A program made the position numbers and the translations under genes. DNA of 64,000 nt from a virus (taxonomy: Duplodnaviria > Heunggongvirae > Uroviricota > Caudoviricetes): IMG/VR virus record IMGVR_UViG_3300032038_000006, one strand, 5' to 3'. Each line of letters opens with the position of its first letter. The stretch's first letter is position 1. Positions 17,879 through 27,274 of this stretch are shown piece after piece. The notes under the pieces were generated by a model. It had not been told where the DNA came from. It did no database searches and worked only from the letters and a program-made list of their open reading frames with translations.

Positions 17879-18220
17879 CAAAGTCGCCTGCGAGGAGCAG
17901 GCGATTTTTTTATTTTTTTAACTTTAACGCTTTAAAGCGCTAAAGCGCGGCCCGGGTCGAGCTCAGCTCAAACGTAGCTCAAACGCGCATTTTAAAAAAG
18001 GCGAATTTTTCATTTTTTGAAAAATTGCCTTTTTCTTAGACTTTCCTTGGTCGATTTTTGGGATTTTTCCGATTTGTTCAATCTTTTACTAAAATCCTGT
18101 TTTTGCCCGATTTTTCGGCTTTTCTACTCTCTTATTATACCATTTTTTGCCCGATTTTTCAAGGAAAAACGTATATTTTAAAATGTTTTAACAACGCTAT
18201 TGTTAGTAATAGCTAACGCT

Positions 18221-18283
18221 CGCAAATGGCTATTTTTCGGGCTTTTTCAGGCTTTTATATAGTCCGAAAAATAGCCATTTGCG
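18221..18283. repeat. 23-bp inverted repeat (1 mismatch)
   Basis: CGCAAATGGCTATTTTTCGGGCT ... AGTCCGAAAAATAGCCATTTGCG. Confidence 0.9.
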
Positions 18284-18569
18284 GAGCAGGCTATACTTTA
18301 CCACTTTACAGCAATAAAGTGCAGACGGCACGGGTCAGATTTGTGTTGTCGCTTTAAAGCACTAAAGTATGACATATCTTTAACAAAGTTTGACAAAATA
18401 TTAACAAAGTGCTTTAGTTCGCTAAAATCGCAATATTTGGTCAATATCTGTATATTACTATCTGTAATACCTATACAGTCAGTATATGTATTTATGTATA
18501 TAGTGCATAAATATATATGTTGGTATTTGTGCATTATAACAAAGTTTTTTATTATTTTCAAATATTGAC

Positions 18570-18598
18570 TTGACAACGAATTGAAAAGCCTTTATAAT
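18570..18598 (+). promoter_or_regulatory. Consensus sigmaA promoter
   Basis: TTGACA-N17-TATAAT. Confidence 0.8.
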
Positions 18599-18673
18599 AC
18601 AAATATGCTTTTCAATAGCGAAAAGCTAAAACAAATTTATCGTTGCTTAAAGCAACAGAAAGAAGTTGATTTT

Positions 18674-19549
18674 ATGGAAACTTTAAAAACTATGGTTATT
18701 GCTACAATTGCTACACTTACAAATACAAACACAAAAAACATTATTGTTGATAATGTTGTCAATGATGTTTTTGACCGTTTCAGCGTTGATATGAACACCG
18801 CAAAAATTATCACTGGTTTATCAATGTATCACATTACAAGTTCAACAGATAATTATTATATCGTTGCTGAAAATACAAAAGAAGTAAAGACAAAATGTTA
18901 TCACTTTTTTGATTTACTTGAATTTGACTGTTTTAATATTACAACATCGTCAACAAATGAAACTTCTATCAGATTAAAAGTATCAAATGAACTGAAAAAA
19001 GATATATTTGAAAATGGTATGTTATTATCAGATATTGACCGAAAAAACGAATATAAGAAGATGTTTAATTATAATAACGGTCAAGTAAGTGAATGGCTTG
19101 TAAAAGATAAATTTTGTTGTGCATATCAGCGTGATAATTTACCGTATTATTATTATGGTGATATGGAAGTCGGCGGAAATACATATCAAATCAAATCACA
19201 TAAAGCTACATTTTGCACATTATCTCAATTACAGAGATATATAAACAGATACGGTTTAAAGAAGTATTACTCTTATGATATGACCGTAACAAACAACACT
19301 GAAATAGTTGATATTGACTTTATCGCTGAAAAGTGCTTTAATATTGATATGTATGACAAAATAGGCACAAAAGAAGAACGTTGGTACATTTGTTCTAATG
19401 ATGATATAAAGAATAAACTTCTGTTAATGGCTGATAGAATGTTTAGGGAAAATAGTTGTGTTGACTATTGGAATTTAACAGAAATAGCAAATAATAACGG
19501 TTTAAGACCTTTACATTTAATAGCATATCTTTTTGATGAAATGGACTAA
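18674..19549 (+). CDS. Hypothetical protein, possible PD-(D/E)XK fold (~291 aa; start uncertain, 18581-18674)
   Basis: YNNGQVSE...DNLPYYYYGDMEVGGNTYQIKSHKATFC aligns with the 14895..15356 product; no in-frame TAG; very AT-rich. Confidence 0.75.
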   Translation: METLKTMVIATIATLTNTNTKNIIVDNVVNDVFDRFSVDMNTAKIITGLSMYHITSSTDNYYIVAENTKEVKTKCYHFFDLLEFDCFNITTSSTNETSIRLKVSNELKKDIFENGMLLSDIDRKNEYKKMFNYNNGQVSEWLVKDKFCCAYQRDNLPYYYYGDMEVGGNTYQIKSHKATFCTLSQLQRYINRYGLKKYYSYDMTVTNNTEIVDIDFIAEKCFNIDMYDKIGTKEERWYICSNDDIKNKLLLMADRMFRENSCVDYWNLTEIANNNGLRPLHLIAYLFDEMD

Positions 19550-19557
19550 TAAAACAA

Positions 19558-19590
19558 TAAACGACTTGTAATTATTACAAGTCGTTTTTT
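19558..19590 (+). terminator. Rho-independent terminator
   Basis: AAACGACTTGTAA/TTACAAGTCGTTT plus T-tract. Confidence 0.8.
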
Positions 19591-19607
19591 TATTACTTCT
19601 AAAATGT

Positions 19608-19692
19608 TTTTAAATGCCGTTTTTTGACGTTGTAATATAATCATAGTATAATTACATTGGTTTTATTATAACGTCAAAAACGGCATTTAAAA
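19608..19692. repeat. ~30-bp imperfect inverted repeat
   Basis: TTTTAAATGCCGTTTTTTGACGTTGTAATA ... TATTATAACGTCAAAAACGGCATTTAAAA (1 mismatch, 1 bulge). Confidence 0.9.
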
Positions 19693-19821
19693 CGCTATAC
19701 GGCTATAACATAAAAATTGACGGCGGGACAATTCCAGACGCTTAAAAGTTAAATCATTTACCGGGGGGTCTATTTCTTGAGAAATCCCCAGTGAATCGCA
19801 GAAAAAGGGTACCCTGGCAAC

Positions 19822-19908
19822 AAAAATTCAAGGGTCAATTTTTTCAGCCACCCGACAGAGCGATATATAGAAAAATTTCAAGGGTCATTTTTTCAGCCCC
19901 GACAGAGC
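19822..19908. repeat. ~39-bp imperfect direct repeat x2
   Basis: AAAAATT(T)CAAGGGTCA(A)TTTTTTCAGCC(A)CCGACAGAGC at 19822 and 19871. Confidence 0.9.
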
Positions 19909-19925
19909 AACTTATACCTGAAATC

Positions 19926-19954
19926 TTGACTTTTGAATCCGAATTTGTTATACT
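19926..19954 (+). promoter_or_regulatory. sigmaA-type promoter at the start of the recoded operon
   Basis: TTGACT-N17-TATACT. Confidence 0.6.
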
Positions 19955-20058
19955 TATTATAGGGGTTGAGAATAGGAACTTTTCCTATTAACTCTTTTAA
20001 CTAAAACTTAAAATAGACTCCGTGTCTATAATATTATAAAATGTGGAGGGAGAACTAA

Positions 20059-21246
20059 ATGGCAAAGTTTACATTAGATTTTGACATCCCTACTTCAAAG
20101 GGTCGTCTAAACGCCATTAAAGACATTGATTTAGCTTCTCTTACCAAGACAGAATTAGAAACCATTAGCAACTATGTCCTTTATGGAAAAGATGAAGATG
20201 GAAAGTCTGTGGTAGATAGAAAAGAAGTTTAGATTAAGACTAAATTTTCTTCGTATTAGAAGGACAGATTTGTATCATTAGATGAGATGATGGAGAGTCC
20301 GACTTTTGATGAAGGGATTTTACAGAAGAATAGAACTATTTATAAGAAGATTAAACCTACGATTGATAAGGAGAAGGCTAAGGACGTTCCGGGAATGATT
20401 GAGCTTTGGGCTTCCATTGATAAGATGGCCGCAGATTTAGAGGCTTTAAAGACTAAGAAAGACCAAACTCCAGAAGACCGCAAGCGCATTTACTATATGA
20501 ACCATCATTTGATTGCGCTTAGGAAATAGCAATATTATTTAATGGATAGTGTGTTCCCGACAACTCTTATATAGAAAAATAAGGCAGAATATCATCCTCA
20601 TCCTACTGAGGACCAAATGAACTATCCTATCTTGCCGCGAGGGGTAATGTTATAGGAAGATGATAAAATGTTTATGTACCCAAGGCTTGCTAAAAATCTT
20701 GACACCGCGGCCACAAGGATTTATACAGATAAGGATATTAAGGATATGAGAGATAGGGGGAAGCCTTTCTTTGATTTTAGAAATGCTGACCACCTATACC
20801 AGTTAATTTAGCACTATGCGGAGATTGAGGCTTTCGTAGAGGAGATGCCGGATTCTCCATTACATAATCTTTTATGGACGCTGGATTTTTATATTAAGAA
20901 AGCAAACCTTTCAGAATAGCAAATGTTGATTATTAGGGATAAGAAATTGAGATGCCCGAATAAGGAAATTGCAAAGCACCTAATGGATGAGCTTGGGATT
21001 TACCATTAGGAGAATTACATTAGTACGATTTGGAATAAGTGTTGTTAGCTTATTGCAGATGCGGTTGAACTTAATTATGATGAGTATTTGTGCAGAAATT
21101 ATGATAAAGCTTGGAAAGTATGTTCTCGTTGCAAAATAGAATTGTTGAGAGACCCCAGAAACTTTGTTAAGAAGGCAAAGGCTTCAGATGGTCTGACAGG
21201 AAGATGTAAAAAATGTGACAAAGAACTTAGATAGATGAATAAGTGA
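20059..21246 (+). CDS. Putative regulator: sigma-region-4-like HTH plus C-terminal C4 zinc finger, 395 aa, TAG-recoded
   Basis: GGAGGG RBS; open to TGA apart from TAGs; LSE*QMLIIRDKKLRCPNKEIAKHL (HTH-like) and CSRC...CKKC. Confidence 0.7.
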
Positions 21247-21283
21247 GGTGCCGCCTCGCAGAAATTTAATGGAGGAAGGAGTA

Positions 21284-21670
21284 ATGTTTAAGAAAAAAGA
21301 GAAAGAAGTATCACTGGATAAGTACAGTGTTGGCTTACTCGAAAATTTCAGAGAGCTATAGTATACGGATATTATTGGTATAGGTAATATACTTGGAGTT
21401 AAAGAAGAGGATAACTTTGATGATTATATAACTGCTATTATTGGTGTTTATATGGAAATGCCAAAGAGCAAGCGTAAGGCTATGTTAAAGTTGACTAAAG
21501 ACATCGTTAAGGCTAATAAGGAAATGATGGCTGACCCTAACTTCTACAAGGTGCCGCCAGAGGAATTGGCAAAGCAAGTTGTTGAAGCTACAAAGAACTA
21601 TCACGAGAAGAAGGTCGAAGACTCCAGTTTCTTATCTATGGTGAAGAAGAAGTACCCACCGGGGGTATGA
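21284..21670 (+). CDS. Hypothetical protein, 128 aa (1 in-frame TAG)
   Basis: GGAGG/AAGGAG RBS at ATG21284; track ORF 21452..21670 is in frame. Confidence 0.75.
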
Positions 21671-21775
21671 AACTGAAAACGTATATATAAGGTACCCTAT
21701 ATAATTTCATAGGGTACCTCATTTTGCTATAAATTTCTGAGGCCGCGGCCACAGATTTTTAGGAGGTGAGTTAAA

Positions 21776-22714
21776 ATGGCACTCAAGAAATGCCAGCGCT
21801 GTGGTGAAGAATTAAGTACCGGCGCTTATATTGCAGTTAACTCAATAGTACACGGAGGAAGTCTCCCGATTTGTCGTCATTGTTTGGCGAAACAAATAGA
21901 TAAAGCTTATAGTGAAGGAAATGGATGGAACGTGGTGGATAAGATATGCCAATGGGCTGACGTACCTTTTGTCCCAGAACATTGGGAGAAAATGTATGAA
22001 GGACATGGCCGCGATGCCATCGGAGTTTACATTTCGACTTTCAGAGGTAAGCCATATGATACACTTGATTGGAAGTAGTACAATGATGTGTATTTATAGA
22101 TAAAAGAGGAAAATCGAGTATTAGATGCTCTACCAGAAGTCCGTGAAGGATTAAGACGTCGCTTAAGACAGAAGTGGGGTCAATAGTATGACGATGAGTC
22201 ATTAGAGTATCTGGAAAACTTACATTAGGGTCTTCTAAGTTCATAGAATATCGTTGGTGCATTGAATGAAGACCAAGCACTTAAGCTATGTAAGATTTCT
22301 CTTATTATTGAGGAAAAGATGCGTAGTGGAATGGAATTTGATAAGGACTTGAAAGCATATGATTAGCTTTCTAAATTAGCAAACTTAACATCAAAGGTAG
22401 TTAAAGATGCGAATGAGTTTAACTCTATTGGTGAGGTTTGTGCGTTCTTGGAGAAGAAAGGCTTTAAGGTTAAGTATTACGATGGAGCAGTTCGTGATGA
22501 AGCAGACTTTACAGCTAAGGATATTAAATACTGGTTACAATCATTATATGTTAATGAGACTGGTATTGCAGAAGAAATTGAACAAAGAATTGAGAACTTA
22601 AAGGTTACTGCTCAAATGACCGGCGGTTAGTTCAACGAGAAAGAGTTTAGAGATTATTTATCAGATGGTCTTACTAAGATTGAAGATGAAGACTTTAAAC
22701 TTGACTTGGAGTGA
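21776..22714 (+). CDS. Zn-finger protein preceding terminase (possible small terminase subunit), 312 aa, TAG-recoded
   Basis: CQRC...CRHC N-terminus; AGGAGGT RBS; TGA overlaps the terL 5' end. Confidence 0.7.
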
Positions 22715-22719
22715 TTGTA

Positions 22720-23346
22720 ATGGTAGAAATAGAAGAGAAGGACAATTATCTGAATATACCATTACCTGGCGCTATACTTAATACTATTCACTATGTTGTT
22801 GGTAAGGCTTCTCAGGAATTTACCAGAGAGGGTATCGTACTTGAAAAGGGCGCGGTTTTGAGTGAGAGACGTATCGAAAACAATCTCACTTTATATCAGT
22901 AGTATATAAGTCTTTGGACCGTATATCCAGACCTTTACTTAAAACTTATTACGCCAACAACTTCTAAGTTTAAATTAAAGTTTTTCCAAATCATATTCCT
23001 TAGAGCTTGTTTACGTTATGGTCGTGTTCTTACCATAGCACCTCGTGCCGCCGGTAAGAGTTTTATATGTATCTTAGCTCTCTACTTAATTTGTATGTTT
23101 AGACCTGGTTCTCACGTATTCCAGTGTGCTCCTGGTAAAGCACAAGGTGCGAAGATTGCAAACCAGAAGATACATTAGCTTTGGGATTTGTTGCCGCTGC
23201 TTAAAGAAGAAATCCTTGGCGATGGTAACTTTGGTAATGACTATGTTAAATTATCATTTAGAAATGGTTCAATTCTTGACGTTATCAGTCCTTTGAACTC
23301 TGCCCGTGGTAACCGTGCAACTGTCGGTATCCTTGACGAGTTCCGT
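22720..23346 (+). CDS. terL: Terminase large subunit, exon 1 (ATPase domain)
   Basis: Walker A APRAAGKS and Walker B VGILDEFR after TAG read-through. Confidence 0.9.
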
Positions 23347-24521
23347 CGAAAATTAAAATCGAGGATGCCGAAAAAGTTGAATTTCGCATTATAAAAATTC
23401 ACCTTATTAATGAGAGGTGATAGAAATGATTGGATACATTTATCAAATCATAAATAATGAAACACAGTAGAGATATATCGGTAAAACGATAGACATTCAA
23501 AGGAGAAAACGAGAACATACTGAGAAGTTAAGGTAGAATAAACACATAAATAAAAAGCTTCAAAATGCTTGGAACGCCTACGGAGAAGATGCTTTTAGTT
23601 TTGTTTATAAAAAGTATGAAATTGATAATGAAGACGAGTTAGATGAATTGGAAATAAATGCTATTAATGAGTATGACTCATACACTAATGGATATAATTT
23701 AACCACTGGTGGAGATGGCGGAAATACGCGAGGAAAGTTATCTTATGAAGATTACTGTATTATTTATTTAGGTTGTCAATGGAAGGGAATGACAGAGAAG
23801 ATAGGAAAAATGTTCAACATTGATTCTTCAACTGTCTCTGCAATTCTTAGAGAAAAAGCCTATATAAATTATAAACAGTTAGCAGATGAACTTTCAGAAG
23901 ATAATAAAAAATATTATCAAGATGTATTTCGTACCATGTTTGCAATAACAAAAGCTCCTGATGAAAATAGAGTACCAACTCATTTAACTTCAGAAGAATA
24001 TTTCTATTGCTTATGCATTGCAACAACTTATAGTCGCGGTGTAGAATAGGCATTAGCAAATTTCTTCGGTAAACATAAATCATTTTTAACTAATGGCATT
24101 AAAGGTAAAACTAAAGGTAAAGCATATGAAGCATTGCAAAAATATTTGCATACTGATTTAGAAGAAGTATGGCAAATAGGCGAATAGAAGTTTAATGAAT
24201 GGCATTTGCAAGAAATGTCAAAAAGTAAATTGAATATTGAGCATCAAGGTCGGTGGCGGAACTAAAATGGGTTAAATTGCGGGAACCTTTCCTTAGAGCC
24301 AATACAGCTACAACGTAGTTTGAAAAGACAAACGTGAAAGCGGTAACGTAGAAGTGAAACCATAAAAATGTATTGGATTGGAGAACCGAGAGTGCAAGTC
24401 TCTCAGACGCAGCGAAATCTCCTCAGCGTAAAGACGGTGGAGAACGTTCAACGACTATAATCCCACTTTGATTGTATAGTCTACTCCCCTAATAAATATC
24501 GGGAAACCGAGGGTATCAAGG
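23347..24521 (+). mobile_element. Group I intron (IA-like core) in terL
   Basis: Exon ends in U (..DEFR), intron ends in G before GAC CAT GAT, restoring DEFR/DHD. Core elements AAATTGCGGGAA (24274), GTTCAACGACTATA (24446), TGTATAGTCT (24473); P7 GACTA/TAGTC. Boundaries +/- a few nt. Confidence 0.88.
23426..24265 (+). CDS. Intron-encoded GIY-YIG homing endonuclease, 279 aa, TAG-recoded
   Basis: GYIYQIINNETQ*RYIGKT...H...LE...YNLTTGG; 4 in-frame TAG; GAGGTG RBS. Confidence 0.9.
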
Positions 24522-25730
24522 GACCATGATGCTAATAACGTTAATGAAATCATCTTACCATTCCTTAACATTGAGCGTCCAATGGTTAACCAAGATAAGA
24601 ATGAAAATGAGCCTCAACAGGTTCAGCTTTGGATTTCATCTGCGTCAGATAAAAACACATTTGCATATGATAAAACTATCGAGTTAATGGAACTTGCAAT
24701 CCTCCAGCCTGAGAAGGTATTCTGCTGGGGATTTGATTATCGTGTTCCAGTTTATACAGGACTATTATCTAAAGACTTCTTGAATGAAATGTAGATGTCC
24801 AGCACTTTCAGTGAGCAAGGTTTTGCGAAAGAGTATATGAGCCGATTTGTAGGAAGCTCTGACGATGCTTGGTTCGACTACGAGAAACTGCTTACTCATA
24901 GACGAATAGTTAATCCCGAGACTCATGAAATTGTTAGAAGTGATATTGAAAGTTTCTACATATTATCAGTGGATGTAGCGAGAAAAGGATGTCAAACTGC
25001 CTGCACTGTTTTAAAAGTGTTCCCAGGCGGCGAGAAATATACTTGCAATATTGTTAATGTATATGTTCTTGGTAAGACTGAAGACGAAAAGGTTTTCGAC
25101 CGTCAGGTTATAGAACTTAAACGTCTTATTAAACGTTTTAACCCAAGAGAAGTTGTACTTGATATTAACGGTATTGGTGTTGGTTTCGCAGACTTTATGA
25201 TAAAAGAATCTTTAGACCCAGTTACCGGTGAAGTCCTGCCAGCTTATGGTTTTATTCCCGACCACGATTTCGGATACGAAGATATACAGCCGAGAAACTG
25301 TCCAAAGATAATATACGGAATTAAGGCAACTGGTTAGATTAACAGCGATATGCATACTGCATTATATGCTAAGGTCTACTCTGGATGTGTTAATTTCTTA
25401 ATCTCTGAACGTAAAGCAAGAGATAAGATTAATGCAACTGCCGTTGGAAGAAAGATGACTCCAGAACAGAAAATCGCTCGTTTAATGCCACACGAAATGA
25501 CATCACAATTAATTGATGAAATTGTTAATCTTAGAACAAAACCTACTGGTATCAATAACCAGATTAAGGTTGAGTTAATAAATTAGCGTATGACCAAGGA
25601 TAAATTCTCCGCACTTGAAATGGGAATTTATCGTATGGTAGAAATCGAGAATGAGGAGATTTCCCACCGTCGTAATAGAGGACTTGGTAGAAAACTCACA
25701 TTCTTTAAGAGTGGAGGTAGAAAACGTTGA
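24522..25730 (+). CDS. terL: Terminase large subunit, exon 2 (nuclease domain)
   Basis: WISSA motif C, LSVDVAR and KDKFSA nuclease motifs; track fragments 24582, 24795 and 25350 are in one frame separated only by TAG. Confidence 0.9.
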
Positions 25731-27274
25731 ACGCACAAGTAAATGCTGTTTATACAGATGCCTTGAAATAGGCGAGAGCTGAACGTCTTGATACCTTCAA
25801 GAAGGCACTTAAAGGTATGATAGCAACGTCTGAGGCGGCATATCAGAAGGCTACTGGTAAGTTCATTAAAACTCGACGTGACAGAATGTATTCTAAGGAT
25901 GATATAAAGCGAATCGTTCAAGAGGGTAATCCAATTGAACGTGCCGCCCTATCAGAATATTTCTTTGCTACCAATGGACTTTATAAGCGTATCATTCTTC
26001 ATTACGCAACATTCTTGACATACTCATGGATACTTGTTCCATATGAGAAATCACGTACTCGTGATAATTCTGAGATAACAGATAAGAAAGTTATTTCAAC
26101 TTATTATGATGCCGCCGATTTCTGCACTAACTTCCAAATAGAAAGAAAGTGTACGTTATTTGCTAAAGATATTTTAGTAAAGGGCGGATATTATGGACTA
26201 CTTCATGATGATGGCGAAAACGTAGTAATTTAGGATTTACCTTTTGATTATTGTCGTAGCCGCTTCAAGAATGCTTAGGACGTAGATATTGTTGAGTTCA
26301 GTATGGCGTTTTTTGATAACATTCGAGATGACGCTTTGCGTGAGGAAATACTTAACACATATCCACGTTATATTAGCAAAGCTTATAAGAAGTATAAGCA
26401 TCACAATGGTGATAAATGGATATTCCTTCCTGCAAAGGATGGCATTTATTTCTGCTATTTTGAGGAACGCCCGTTCTTCTTGGATTTAATTCCTCTTCTT
26501 GATGACTTAGACGATTATAAGGACATTGATAAAGAGCGTAATATGTAGGCTTTGAAACGTATTCTTGTTCAGTAGGTGCCGCTTGATGGTATGAAACTTG
26601 TATTCGAGCCAGATGAAGCAGAAGAGATGCACGAAGGTGTTCTCGATATGATGACTAATAACCCTGACGTTGATGTTTTAACAACATATAACAAAGTTAG
26701 TTTATTAGACATGAGTGCTACTGATGATGAGAAAACAGAAATAACTGACATTTAGGACCTTATATATTCATCTGCCGGCTTGTCAAAGGAATTATTCTTT
26801 GCAACAACTGAGGCAGGACTTAAATACTCTATTAATAATGACCTTGCGATGATAATGATTTTAGGTCAACGTTTTGCACACTTCTTTACAGTTTTGCTTA
26901 ACTATAAGTTTGAGAATAAGAAAGTTAGATTTAGACTTGTCATTCTTCCTTTGAGCTATTACAATAGTGATGATTATACATCACACGCTAAGGAATTGGC
27001 TGCATTTGGTTATCCATTCTTAACGCCAGTTGCTTCAACTGGATTAGACCAGACCAATCTTGTAGCTCTTAAAGCTCTTGAGAATGGACCTCTTAATCTT
27101 GATGAAGTTCTTAAACCTCTTCAGTCTGCTTATACTCAGTCTGGTAAAGCTCAGGGACAGCCGATAAGTGACGGAAAAGAGCCAGCTTCCACACCGTCAG
27201 CTAAAACTGACTCCGGCGGCAAGTAGGAGTAGAAAAAAGAGGATAACAATAAAAAAGAGGAGGGCGATGATTAA
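25727..27274 (+). CDS. Portal protein, 515 aa, TAG-recoded
   Basis: Position after terL; TTG start with GGAGGT RBS overlapping the terL TGA; TAA overlaps next ATG. Confidence 0.8.

Larger units (their letters stand above)
1394..17956. repeat. Dispersed junction element (GTTAG-N6-CTAAC box + CCCGGG/CGGGTC core + second box or hairpin), ~25 copies separating mini-transcription units
   Basis: Boxes at e.g. 1479, 2153, 2952, 4742+4771, 5081, 6046, 9101+9131, 9765, 11345, 12046, 13717+13746, 14047, 15449, 15489, 15613, 15824, 16679, 17200. CCCGGG cores at 1415, 1469, 2174, 2972, 4131, 4762, 5101, 6066, 17951 etc. Confidence 0.95.

Noticed and set aside
1394-17956. CRISPR array
   Set aside because: Repeats are degenerate palindromic boxes spaced 150-900 bp apart with whole genes between them, not constant repeats with ~30-40-bp spacers. 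No cas genes seen.
23188-23394. Track ORF ending ...DEFRRKLKSRMPKKLNFAL as a short stand-alone protein
   Set aside because: It is the end of terL exon 1 running into intron sequence.
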